Source: Candidatus Gottesmanbacteria bacterium (lineage in GTDB: Bacteria > Patescibacteriota > Microgenomatia > 2-02-FULL-39-11). Taken from it: a DNA stretch of 64,000 bases. A model generated the notes under the pieces. The model saw only the letters and a program-made list of their open reading frames with translations. It was not told the DNA's origin and did not search any database. Made by a program: the position numbers and the translations under genes. The DNA lies in the NCBI GenBank assembly GCA_016195685.1, contig JACPZE010000002.1, positions 4,177 to 68,176 on the forward strand, read 5' to 3'. Below, one piece after another: positions 48,561 to 58,117 of the stretch; position 1 is the first letter of the stretch; each line of letters starts with the position of its first letter.

Positions 48561-50554
48561 TGAATATACTTTTACCTGATTCTTGGCTTCGGGAATATCT
48601 TAAAACAGATGCATCCCCTAAAGAGATAAAAGAATTCCTATCGCTTTGCGGACCATCTGTTGAAAGAATTGATCAAGTTGATACAGATTACGTTTATGAG
48701 ATTGAAATTACTTCAAATAGGGTAGATATGGCATCCGTCTATGGCATTGCCCGTGAAGCTGCAGCAATTCTACCAAGATTTAAAAAAGGTGCAAATCTCA
48801 AAACTTTAAAAGTTCGGCAATCCATTAAACCAAAAATTTCGTTACCGATGCAAATTTCCGATCCGCAAAAGATTTGTAATCGCATTATGGCGATTGTACT
48901 AGAAGTTGACCCGATGAAACCATCTCCAGATTTTATAAAAGACCGGATCGAGAAATCTGGCGTGCGCTCTTTGAATAATTTGGTTGATATTACCAATTAT
49001 GTCATGCTTGAGATTGGCCACCCAACCCACGTATTTGATTACGATAGGATAAAAACCCATTCCTTTTTAATTCGCAAAGCCCAAAAAAATGAACCCATCA
49101 TTACCCTTGATGGTAAAAAATATCTATTAGATCCTGAAGACGTAATTATAGATGATGGAACCGGAAGAGTGATCGATTTACCGGGAATAATGGGTACAGA
49201 AAATAGCGTGGTAAATAGTTCAACCAGAAGAATATTGTTTTTTATTGAATCGAATAATTCACTACTTATCCGAAAAACCTCTATGCGATACGGTATTCGC
49301 ACAGTAGCAGCAACAATTAATGAAAAGCATCCAGATCCGGAATTAGTAAAAACAGCATTATTACGGGGAATAGAATTATATCAAAAGCATGCGGCGGCAA
49401 AAGTTGCAAGTCAAGTAATCGATATTTATCCCAATAAGCCAACTCTTCCAAAGATAAAAGTGTCGACAGAATTTATCAATGACAGATTGGGGGTAGAGTT
49501 AAAAACTCAGGAAATAATTAATATTCTAAAATCATTATCATTTGACGTATTAAATAGTACTGACTTACTTATTACTCCACCCTCGTTTCGTCAATTTGAT
49601 GTCACGATCCCAGAGGATATAGTTGAGGAAGTCGCCCGCATTTATGGATATCATAACCTACCAAATAGACTCATGACGGGTGAAATCCCAATTACCGATA
49701 AGCCTAAGGATTTACCAATTGAGGCAAAAATCAAAACAATCTTAAAATACTGGGGTTATACTGAAACTTACCATTATTCTTTTGTCTCTAAATCCCTGAT
49801 TGCAAAAAGTGGACTTTCTCCAAAAGATCATCTCCGTGTAGCCAATCCCCTCACAGAAGAAATCGAATACATGCGAGGTTCGCTAGTCCCGTCAATGCTA
49901 GAAACAATTTCTAAAAATCAATACTATAAAAATAGTCTAAAGCTCTTTGAATTAGCTAAAGTCTACATCCCACAGAAGGGTAATTTGCCGCTGGAACCTT
50001 CTAGAGTCGTTATCGCTGAACAGACTGATTTTTATAAATTAAAGGGCACTGTTAACGCATTATTAAAAGAACTAGGCATGCCGGATTCTAAACTAGTACT
50101 AGAGAAAAATACTTTTTTTCACCCGCAGCAATCAGCTGGAGTAACTTTAAATGGCGATACATTTGCCATGATTGGTAAACTTCATCCATCATTAGCTTCT
50201 GCTTTTTCTCTAAAAGATGATTTATTTATCGCAAGTATAAATGTGGAAAACTTAGTAAAGCTTGCTAACCCTATAAAGCACTATACTCCTATTCCTCACT
50301 ACCCAGCGGTGATTGAGGATCTAACATTATTGCTTCAGCCTAAAACTCAAATAGAACTAATTAAGAGTGAAATTTATAAAGTTAGTCAGCTTGTAAAAAA
50401 TGTGGCAGCTCATGATCCATACCAAAACGCAATTACACTACGAATAACTTATCAGGATGAAAGCAAAAATCTGGAAAGTGCAGATATCAAGAAAGTTAGG
50501 GAACTGATTTTATCCACTCTAAAATCCCGATATAATATAATTTTGAAACAATAA
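48560..50554 (+). CDS. pheT: Phenylalanine--tRNA ligase beta subunit (short, 664 aa)
   Basis: Typical PheT N-terminus MNILLPDSWLREYL. B3/4, B5 and catalytic-like domains. Confidence 0.9.
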   Translation: MNILLPDSWLREYLKTDASPKEIKEFLSLCGPSVERIDQVDTDYVYEIEITSNRVDMASVYGIAREAAAILPRFKKGANLKTLKVRQSIKPKISLPMQISDPQKICNRIMAIVLEVDPMKPSPDFIKDRIEKSGVRSLNNLVDITNYVMLEIGHPTHVFDYDRIKTHSFLIRKAQKNEPIITLDGKKYLLDPEDVIIDDGTGRVIDLPGIMGTENSVVNSSTRRILFFIESNNSLLIRKTSMRYGIRTVAATINEKHPDPELVKTALLRGIELYQKHAAAKVASQVIDIYPNKPTLPKIKVSTEFINDRLGVELKTQEIINILKSLSFDVLNSTDLLITPPSFRQFDVTIPEDIVEEVARIYGYHNLPNRLMTGEIPITDKPKDLPIEAKIKTILKYWGYTETYHYSFVSKSLIAKSGLSPKDHLRVANPLTEEIEYMRGSLVPSMLETISKNQYYKNSLKLFELAKVYIPQKGNLPLEPSRVVIAEQTDFYKLKGTVNALLKELGMPDSKLVLEKNTFFHPQQSAGVTLNGDTFAMIGKLHPSLASAFSLKDDLFIASINVENLVKLANPIKHYTPIPHYPAVIEDLTLLLQPKTQIELIKSEIYKVSQLVKNVAAHDPYQNAITLRITYQDESKNLESADIKKVRELILSTLKSRYNIILKQ

Positions 50555-50558
50555 AATA

Positions 50559-50807
50559 CTATTTCCTTATTTGGTAGGTAATAATTATCGCTTCCGCAAT
50601 TTCTTTCATGGTTTTTCTTTCTTTAGTCGCTTGCTTCCTTATCATGTGATAAGCTTCATTTTCTGTAGTATCCATTTTTTCCATAAGTAGACCTTTTGCA
50701 CGACTTACGGCCTTTTGAGTCGCTACCGCCTCCTCTAAAGATTTAGTTTTATCAAGCAAATCCGCATGCTCAATGGCCCTGCCAATAAGTTTTCCGACCA
50801 TTTCCAA
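50559..50807 (-). CDS. ANTAR RNA-binding (antiterminator) domain ORF, in the -1 frame relative to the upstream GAF ORF. It is probably the C-terminal half of a single GAF-ANTAR regulator.
   Basis: AVSRAKGLLMEKMDTTENEAYHMIRKQATKERKTMKEIAEAII is a complete ANTAR domain. The frame is open upstream through ...SYLSKKAGRTLEM. Confidence 0.7.
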   Translation of the reverse strand: MEMVGKLIGRAIEHADLLDKTKSLEEAVATQKAVSRAKGLLMEKMDTTENEAYHMIRKQATKERKTMKEIAEAIIITYQIRK

Positions 50808-51247
50808 AGTTCTACCTGCTTTTTTGGATAAATATGAGGTTTTCTATGTTTTACGTTTAGTACGCCTACTATCACCGAACCACTTATAATCGGAACAGAT
50901 AAAAATGATTCAAATAGATCATCTGGTAAACCAATTACGCGTGAAAAACGAGGATCTTTTTGTGCTCGTTTCTCGATGATCACTGGCTTTCCGTGTTTAG
51001 CAACCCATCCTGTAATTCCTTCTCCAATCTTCATTTTTAATTTGCCGACAATTTTAAAATGAAGTTTAGAAGCTCGCAAAATTACGCTTTGCCCCTGTTC
51101 GTCTAATATATAAACTCCTGTTGAGTCGGCATTTGTGATTTTAGCAACCAAAGCATCTACTTTTGCCAATAATTCATCTGTTTCCAAAGATGAAATTGCT
51201 TCAATCACTTGATATAGCACCTCATGATTGTTTACGGCTTTTTTCAT
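50735..51247 (-). CDS. GAF domain ORF (sensor domain). It runs 73 nt past the ANTAR frame start before terminating.
   Basis: GITGWVAKHGKPVII...DPRF GAF motifs. The C-terminal 20 residues look like out-of-frame readthrough. Confidence 0.7.
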   Translation of the reverse strand: MKKAVNNHEVLYQVIEAISSLETDELLAKVDALVAKITNADSTGVYILDEQGQSVILRASKLHFKIVGKLKMKIGEGITGWVAKHGKPVIIEKRAQKDPRFSRVIGLPDDLFESFLSVPIISGSVIVGVLNVKHRKPHIYPKKQVELWKWSENLLAGPLSMRICLIKLNL

Positions 51248-51252
51248 AAATT

Positions 51253-51269
51253 TGTGCGATTATAGCACA
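51253..51269 (-). promoter_or_regulatory. Extended -10 (TGcTATAAT) embedded in a perfect inverted repeat TGTGC-N7-GCACA, immediately upstream of the GAF ORF
   Basis: Seen: tgtgcgattatagcaca on the plus strand. The minus strand reads TGTGCTATAATCGCACA, followed by aatttATG. Confidence 0.35.
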
Positions 51270-51287
51270 TTTTGACTATCCGTGAAA

Positions 51288-53897
51288 TTACGGAGTAGGG
51301 GAAGGAGGAATTGCCGTGGGAGATGGAATAGGTGTAGAAGTAGCGGAATCGGGAGAAACCTTTACACCAATTGTAATCTGAGATTCTCCACTGTGGTTAT
51401 CGCTATCATATGCCCTCACTTTGATTTTATGAATTCCATCATCTACATGTAGAGTTGTATCAAATAAGCTAACACTATCTGTTTTTTTCAGACTGTCATC
51501 TACATAAATTTCCATTTTCTTAATATCTTTTAATGCTTTTGCGTCTGCCAAAATTTCAATATCATTACTGTCAATCTTGCTTTTATCTGAAGGTTGCTTT
51601 ATCCGCACCACCACATCGTTTTGATTATTACTGGATATATCTGACGGCGGATGGTAAATAGATTCTCCTTGTTTACTTACCCAGACATCTATACCTTCTT
51701 GCCACTGATTTTTACTATCCCTTGAAGTTGGATCGCTCTCAATAAACTTAATAAATTCTTGTTCATCATAGTTACCGGTAGCTATTTCAACCGGGTTTGC
51801 CAGCTTATTATGATCGTTTTTAGATAATTTAATCTTTTGATAAATAGGGGATATGGTCGTAGGTTCTGTACCTTTTATAAAATATTCATTTCTCGTAGGT
51901 TTACCCTCGTGGGGTAAACCTCCTCCAAAAGCATCTATCGTTAGAGATATAACATCACTTGGTGCTTTTAACTCTTCATTTCCTTTATTTTTCAATGCTT
52001 CCCTCATGACTCTATTCCAGATGGGCGCAGCTCCTGTGGCACCCGAAGCAAGTTTTGGGTTCATAACGGAATTATCATTATTTCCAACCCACACACCTAT
52101 AACTATCGATGGTGTGTATCCTACAGTCCAGTTATCTCTTTTATCATCCGTTGTCCCTGTTTTTACGGATACCGTCTTGCCTGGTATAACTAAATAACTG
52201 TTTGGGCCAAAAACATCTTTCCGTGCATCATTGTCAGAGAGAATATGTGATACCAAAAAGGTAACATCTTCTCCCAAAACTCGTCTACCAACTTGTGATT
52301 TTTTATCATAAAGAGTCTTGCCATTACTATCGGTGACTTTTAATATCGATACTAAATCATTTTTTATACCACCCGTGGCTAATACACCGTAGGCGGAAAC
52401 CAAATCCATTAGCCTCACTTCTGCACCACCCAAAGTAATTGATAATCCAAATTTTTCTACATTACTATCAGTGGGAGAAAGTGAGGATAAACCCATATCA
52501 TAAGCGTTTTTAAGGATATCTTTAATACCTACCAGCGCGGTTGTTTTTACTGCGGCAACATTGATAGAATTTCCTAATGCATACCGTATTTGTATAGGTC
52601 CTCGGAATTTATTATCATAATTTTTAGGGATGTAGTCAGGCTTGCCAGCGCCGCCGGGAAAATGGGTTTCCACATCCATCAAAACAGATGCAGGGGTATA
52701 ACCTTTCGAAAAAGCTACCGCATAAGTGATCGGCTTTAAAGCACTACCGGGTTGTCGGTAAGCCTGACTAACAACATCATACTTACCTTGAAAATCAGTA
52801 TCGGTTGAATCATATTCACGGCTTCCAACGTAGGCTAAAATTTCTCCTGATTGAGGGTTAATAGCAAATGCTCCACCATTACTTACCTTTAAATCTTTTA
52901 TTTTATCCAACTCTTCTTTCATCACTTTTTCTGATAACCTTTGCAGATCACTGTCCAATGTCGTAATTACTCGTAAACCACCATTTTCTACTTGTTTATC
53001 GCCGAACATATCTGTAAGCAATTTTTTCACATACAAAACGAAGTGCGGCGCTATAAATTGACCACCGGAGCTAGCGAATTTCACATTTCCTAAGTCATTT
53101 TTTATACTTAGTTCTTCTTTTTGTGAAATATAACCATCCGCAGTTAACCTGGCTAAAACTTCCTCAGCGCGAGTTTTATATGCATTCGCATTAACTGAAA
53201 AGGGAGAGTAGTAAGATGGCCTTTGTGGAAGTCCTGCGAGTATTATTGATTCTGTTGGCGTTAAATCTTTGGCGTGTTTACCAAAATAACCCTCCGCGGC
53301 CGCTTCTATACCCCACATTGTCCCACCATAAGGAGCTTCATTTAAATACATTTGTAATATTTCATCCTTGCTGTATTTTCTTTCAATTTGGACGGCTAAA
53401 ATAAATTCCTTGATTTTTCGTGGAAGAGTACGTTCGGAAGTAAGTAAGACATTTTTGACAAGCTGCTGTGTAAGAGTAGATCCACCCTGCAAACCGCGAA
53501 ATGTAATTATGCTAAAAAGCGCCCTTAAGAGTCCTCTTGGATCAAATCCTTGATGTTTGTAAAAATCTTTATCCTCTATAGAAATCGTTGCCTTCTTGAC
53601 TGCTTCAGGAATATCGGAAAAAGATATTGGAATACGATTTTTATCTGTAAAAATATCATAAACTGGTTTCTCATTGCGATCCAAAATCACCGTAGAAAAC
53701 CCTTGATGCTGCTTTACTTTATCCGGATAGGGTAAATCCCGAGAATACCAGATAAATAGAATTACTGTTAATAAAAATAACCCGATTACCCCAATTATGA
53801 CCATAGAAGTCAAACTGTTTACCAGTCGAAGTCTAACTAAACGTGCCCTGTATGGATTTGAATTTTGAATACGAAATCTGCGAAATGTAAGTGCCAT
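51288..53897 (-). CDS. Class A penicillin-binding protein (PBP1A-type transglycosylase/transpeptidase) with a C-terminal extension and a Pro/Ser/Thr-rich tail
   Basis: N-terminal TM helix. GT51 motifs EDKDFYKHQG and RKI.E. Transpeptidase motifs SALKP, SIN and KTGTT. An extra domain of about 230 aa ends in ...SPDSATSTPIPSPTAIPPSPTP. Confidence 0.85.
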   Translation of the reverse strand: MALTFRRFRIQNSNPYRARLVRLRLVNSLTSMVIIGVIGLFLLTVILFIWYSRDLPYPDKVKQHQGFSTVILDRNEKPVYDIFTDKNRIPISFSDIPEAVKKATISIEDKDFYKHQGFDPRGLLRALFSIITFRGLQGGSTLTQQLVKNVLLTSERTLPRKIKEFILAVQIERKYSKDEILQMYLNEAPYGGTMWGIEAAAEGYFGKHAKDLTPTESIILAGLPQRPSYYSPFSVNANAYKTRAEEVLARLTADGYISQKEELSIKNDLGNVKFASSGGQFIAPHFVLYVKKLLTDMFGDKQVENGGLRVITTLDSDLQRLSEKVMKEELDKIKDLKVSNGGAFAINPQSGEILAYVGSREYDSTDTDFQGKYDVVSQAYRQPGSALKPITYAVAFSKGYTPASVLMDVETHFPGGAGKPDYIPKNYDNKFRGPIQIRYALGNSINVAAVKTTALVGIKDILKNAYDMGLSSLSPTDSNVEKFGLSITLGGAEVRLMDLVSAYGVLATGGIKNDLVSILKVTDSNGKTLYDKKSQVGRRVLGEDVTFLVSHILSDNDARKDVFGPNSYLVIPGKTVSVKTGTTDDKRDNWTVGYTPSIVIGVWVGNNDNSVMNPKLASGATGAAPIWNRVMREALKNKGNEELKAPSDVISLTIDAFGGGLPHEGKPTRNEYFIKGTEPTTISPIYQKIKLSKNDHNKLANPVEIATGNYDEQEFIKFIESDPTSRDSKNQWQEGIDVWVSKQGESIYHPPSDISSNNQNDVVVRIKQPSDKSKIDSNDIEILADAKALKDIKKMEIYVDDSLKKTDSVSLFDTTLHVDDGIHKIKVRAYDSDNHSGESQITIGVKVSPDSATSTPIPSPTAIPPSPTP

Positions 53898-53967
53898 CTA
53901 CTTAAAGTGTAGCAAAAAGTGCTTCTCCCGCGCAACTTTTTGATATTTAAGATAAAATACTATAAAT

Positions 53968-54693
53968 ATGAAAACTGTTTATAACCATAATTTATTTGCT
54001 GGAATAAATAAAAATCCATATTTTTTCAGTAATTTTGTCATGACCATTGATGGCAAAGTCCAAGTAGGTGATAAAACCGGAAAATTATATTGGCCGATCG
54101 GAAGTAAATTAGATCATGATACTTTACTTTGGCTACGAGCGCATGCTGATGTGTTAATCCATGGGAAAAATACAGCAATCGGATTTAATACACTCCAAAC
54201 TTTGTCAAGAAAAGAATTTAAAGATAAAAGGAAAAGTCTAAGAAAAGAAAAAAGTTTAGTTTATATGGTAATTAGTAACCATCCGGATGATCGATTATTT
54301 CAATCTCTATCCAATCCACCAAAAGGAGTACTGTCTATTTTAGTAACCTCCAATCAATTTCACCAACTGCAACTCCAAGGATTGAAGCGGGTGGGTATAG
54401 AAAAAATAGGTATGGGCAAAGTTGATCTACACTCATTAACTCATTATTTCAAGAAAAATAATCTGCAAAAAATTCTCATCGAAGGAGGCCCAACATTATT
54501 TGGATCGTTTTTAAAAGAAAATCTGGTTGATGAAATGTTTGTGACCATTGCCCCTAAAATATTTGGGAGTGTTGAAAAAAGTACCAAGACTATGGTTGAA
54601 AATTATCTTTTCCCGCCAAATAAGGTTCCGAAGTTTAAGCTTGTATCCACTCAAGTCATAGATAATGAACTTTACTTAAGATACCGTAAATAG
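53968..54693 (+). CDS. RibD C-terminal domain / dihydrofolate reductase-like family reductase
   Basis: RibD_C-like pattern: VMTIDGKV..., ILIEGGPTLFGSFL and DEMFVTIAPKIFG. Confidence 0.5.
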   Translation: MKTVYNHNLFAGINKNPYFFSNFVMTIDGKVQVGDKTGKLYWPIGSKLDHDTLLWLRAHADVLIHGKNTAIGFNTLQTLSRKEFKDKRKSLRKEKSLVYMVISNHPDDRLFQSLSNPPKGVLSILVTSNQFHQLQLQGLKRVGIEKIGMGKVDLHSLTHYFKKNNLQKILIEGGPTLFGSFLKENLVDEMFVTIAPKIFGSVEKSTKTMVENYLFPPNKVPKFKLVSTQVIDNELYLRYRK

Positions 54694-54733
54694 AAGCTAG
54701 TCAGAATCAGGAATTCTTGTTATACTATCATCC

Positions 54734-55930
54734 ATGGATAAAATTGATGAATTGTTAATCAGGGGAGTAGATAAAATATACCCTTCCAAAGAGGCTTTCG
54801 AGAAAGTCCTACGATCAGGAAAAAAAATAAGTCTTTACCAGGGTTTTGATCCTTCTGGCATCCAACTCCATATTGGTCATATGATTGGATTGCGAAAATT
54901 ATCCCAATTCCAACAACTTGGTCATCGGGTAATTTTTTTAATTGGGGATTTTACAGGAATGATCGGGGATCCAAGTGGAAAATTATCTACCCGGAAAGCT
55001 CTAACTAAAGAGCAAGTTCTATCGAATGCAAAAGACTATGTAAATCAAGTAAAAAAAATTTTGGATTTTAATGGCAAAAATCCAGTAGAGGTAAAATTTA
55101 ACTCTAAATGGTTAAGTAAACTTACTTTTGCTGACATCATACAATTAACCAGTTTCTTTACCGCCCAACAAATGATTGAAAGAGATATGTTTCAGGAAAG
55201 ACTTAAGGCTGGTAAAGAAATAAGTTTAACAGAATTTTTATATCCGGTTATGGTCGCATATGATGCAGCAGAAATGAACGTAGATCTGGAGATTGGTGGA
55301 ACTGACCAAACTTTCAATATGATTGCAGGCCGAAAACTTATAGAACACATGCGGCATAAAGAGAAATTTGTATTAACTGTACCACTTTTGACGGATAGTT
55401 CTGGCCGCAAAATCGGCAAGACAGAAGGTAACGTGATCGCGCTAACCGCTGCACCTAATGATTTTTATGGAATGGTCATGAGTTTACCCGACGATGTAAT
55501 TGCTAAATCGTTTGAATTTATTACTGATCTACCAATGAATCAAGTCGAACAAATAAAAAAAGACCTTAAATCAAGCAAGAATCCAATGCAGTATAAAAAA
55601 TTGCTGGCCTTTACTTTGACAAAAATGTTGAATAATGAAGAAAAAGCAAAGAAAGCCCAAAAGGAATTCGAGAGAGTTTTTCAAAAAAGATTAAATCCTA
55701 CAGCTCCTTTCGAAAAAGAAATTCTTAATGGATCTTACTCCATTACAGAACTTATTTATTATTCTGGATTAACGACAAGTAAATCTCAAGCAAAAAGGTT
55801 AATTGAAGAAGGCGCAGTAGAGCTGGACGGGAAAAGAATTACAGATACTAATTTTAAAGCTATATTAATGAAAGACAAACCTTTATTATTAAAAGTCGGA
55901 AGAAAATTTATAAAAGTTTTACCGAATTAA
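54734..55930 (+). CDS. tyrS: Tyrosine--tRNA ligase
   Basis: HIGH-type motif LHIGHMIG, KMSKS-type motif KIGKTEG and C-terminal S4 domain. Confidence 0.9.
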   Translation: MDKIDELLIRGVDKIYPSKEAFEKVLRSGKKISLYQGFDPSGIQLHIGHMIGLRKLSQFQQLGHRVIFLIGDFTGMIGDPSGKLSTRKALTKEQVLSNAKDYVNQVKKILDFNGKNPVEVKFNSKWLSKLTFADIIQLTSFFTAQQMIERDMFQERLKAGKEISLTEFLYPVMVAYDAAEMNVDLEIGGTDQTFNMIAGRKLIEHMRHKEKFVLTVPLLTDSSGRKIGKTEGNVIALTAAPNDFYGMVMSLPDDVIAKSFEFITDLPMNQVEQIKKDLKSSKNPMQYKKLLAFTLTKMLNNEEKAKKAQKEFERVFQKRLNPTAPFEKEILNGSYSITELIYYSGLTTSKSQAKRLIEEGAVELDGKRITDTNFKAILMKDKPLLLKVGRKFIKVLPN

Positions 55931-55944
55931 CTTTTTCCCAAACT

Positions 55945-56049
55945 ATGAATTTTTTCAGAAAACATAAAAAATTTTGGACTGTAATCGTCATAATTTCATC
56001 TTTAGCACTAGTCGTTAGTTCTTTATCATCACTTCTATTACTGCGCTAA
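55945..56049 (+). CDS. Candidate small membrane peptide of 34 aa (MNFFRKHKKFWTVIVIISSLALVVSSLSSLLLLR)
   Basis: An ATG-initiated ORF fills the tyrS-recG spacer. It has a basic N-terminus followed by a single hydrophobic helix. No obvious SD. Confidence 0.25.
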   Translation: MNFFRKHKKFWTVIVIISSLALVVSSLSSLLLLR

Positions 56050-56059
56050 AGACACTGTT

Positions 56060-58117
56060 ATGGTGGATTTAAATACTCCGGTAAATCAACTGATCATGGT
56101 GGGACCGATTTATGGAGCTAAATTGAGTAAATTAGGCATAAAAACCATAGAAGATCTTCTTTTTCATATACCTTTTCGCTATGAAAACTATTCAAACGTT
56201 TCTACAATACGGAATCTCCAAGTCGGTGAAAAAGTTAGTACAACAGCAACGATCGCATCATTTGAGAATATTTACACCAAATACGGTAAAAGGATTCAAA
56301 AGGCGAAAATATCAGATGCAACAGGGGAAATAGAGGTGACTTGGTACAATCAGCCATTTTTGAAAAATATATTTCACCCGGGAGTTAAACTGTCTCTTTC
56401 AGGAGAAGTGAAATGGTTTGGAAAAAATTTGACCTTTGTTTCACCGGAATATGAAATATTAAAACCGGGTATTCCTCCAATACATACCGGCAGATTGGTT
56501 CCTGTTTATCCAGAAACAGAAGGCTTGTCTTCAAAATGGCTCAGGTCAAGGATAAATGTGGTTTTGACTAAATTATTTCCGCAAATTCCTGAAATGTTAC
56601 CAACCAATTTCTTATCAAGATTTAACTTAATCTCAAGAAAAGAAGCAATCTATAAAATCCATTTTCCTCAAAACTATGAAGACATTGAGGCAAGCAAAAG
56701 AAGGCTATCTTTTGATGAGCTTTTGATTTTGCAATGGGCTGCTGACATACGGAAGAAAGAATTTAACCAAAAAACAGTTGGACATAAATTTGAAGTAGAA
56801 AAATTTAAAAAAGAAGTTGATGAATTTATCCAAAATCTTCCTTTTAGACTCACTGAGGATCAAAAAAAAGCCGTAGCTGAAATTATTTCTGATTTAGAAA
56901 AAACCAAACCCATGAACAGACTCCTCGAAGGTGATGTTGGTTCGGGAAAAACAGTAGTTGCCGCAATTTCGATGTATTTAACTTATCTGAATGGTTATAA
57001 ATCGGTACTTTTGGCTCCAACCGAAATATTGGCTCAACAACATTATCAAACTGTCTCCCAACTTTTATCACCTTATAAAATTAAATTAGGACTTATTACT
57101 GCATCTAATCGTATTAAAAGACAAAAGAATGAGGATTTATCCAAATTCAATATTTATATTGGTACTCATGCTTTGCTTTCGGAAAAATTAAAAATTGATG
57201 ATCTGGGACTAATCGTGATAGACGAGCAACAAAAATTCGGAGTAGAACAAAGAGCAATTCTCCGTGATAAGGGTAAAAATCCTCATGTACTCATACTGAC
57301 AGCTACCCCAATTCCCAGAACTATTGCTCTCACCTTATATGCAGATCTGGATTTATCGGTTATTGAAGAAATGCCATCCGGACGGCAAAAAATAAAAACT
57401 TGGGTTGTGCCAGCAGAAAAAAGAAATTCCGCCTATATTTGGATAGAGAAGCAAATTAAACATTCTGATTTTAAACAGCAGGCGTTTATAATTTGTCCAT
57501 TTATTGAAGAATCCGAAAGCTTAGAAACTGTAAGAGCAGCAAAGACAGAATTTGAAAAATTGCAGAAGGAAATTTTTCCAGCTTTGCATCTGGGGCTTCT
57601 ACATGGAAAGCTAACTACAACTCAAAAGCAAAAAGTTATGGCGCAATTTAAAAATGGAAAAATTGACATATTGGTATCAACACCCGTTGTAGAAGTTGGA
57701 ATAGATGTACCCACAGCTACTATAATGATGATCGAGGCGGCTGATCGTTTTGGACTGGCCCAGCTTCATCAATTGCGGGGAAGAGTTGGACGGGGAAATC
57801 TCCAGTCTTATTGCTTACTTTTTACCGAATCAGAAAATACAAAAACTATCGACAGATTAAAAATATTGGAAAGAGTTTTTAATGGACCGAAACTTTCGGA
57901 ATATGATCTAAAACTAAGGGGGGCAGGCGAGATATTCGGTACAAGACAACACGGCCATTTCGGATTAAAATTTGCAGATATTACCGATTTGGTTTTAATC
58001 GAAGAAACAAAACAAGCGGCTAAAATTCTTGCAGAAATCGATCCTGACCTTTCACAAGTTTCCCTCTTGAAAGAAGAAGTCCAAAAATATACAATAGCAA
58101 AAGTATCACCAGACTAG
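56060..58117 (+). CDS. recG: ATP-dependent DNA helicase RecG
   Basis: Wedge-domain N-terminus. Helicase motifs GDVGSGKT, DEQQKFG, TATPIPRT and QLRGRVGRG. Confidence 0.9.
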   Translation: MVDLNTPVNQLIMVGPIYGAKLSKLGIKTIEDLLFHIPFRYENYSNVSTIRNLQVGEKVSTTATIASFENIYTKYGKRIQKAKISDATGEIEVTWYNQPFLKNIFHPGVKLSLSGEVKWFGKNLTFVSPEYEILKPGIPPIHTGRLVPVYPETEGLSSKWLRSRINVVLTKLFPQIPEMLPTNFLSRFNLISRKEAIYKIHFPQNYEDIEASKRRLSFDELLILQWAADIRKKEFNQKTVGHKFEVEKFKKEVDEFIQNLPFRLTEDQKKAVAEIISDLEKTKPMNRLLEGDVGSGKTVVAAISMYLTYLNGYKSVLLAPTEILAQQHYQTVSQLLSPYKIKLGLITASNRIKRQKNEDLSKFNIYIGTHALLSEKLKIDDLGLIVIDEQQKFGVEQRAILRDKGKNPHVLILTATPIPRTIALTLYADLDLSVIEEMPSGRQKIKTWVVPAEKRNSAYIWIEKQIKHSDFKQQAFIICPFIEESESLETVRAAKTEFEKLQKEIFPALHLGLLHGKLTTTQKQKVMAQFKNGKIDILVSTPVVEVGIDVPTATIMMIEAADRFGLAQLHQLRGRVGRGNLQSYCLLFTESENTKTIDRLKILERVFNGPKLSEYDLKLRGAGEIFGTRQHGHFGLKFADITDLVLIEETKQAAKILAEIDPDLSQVSLLKEEVQKYTIAKVSPD

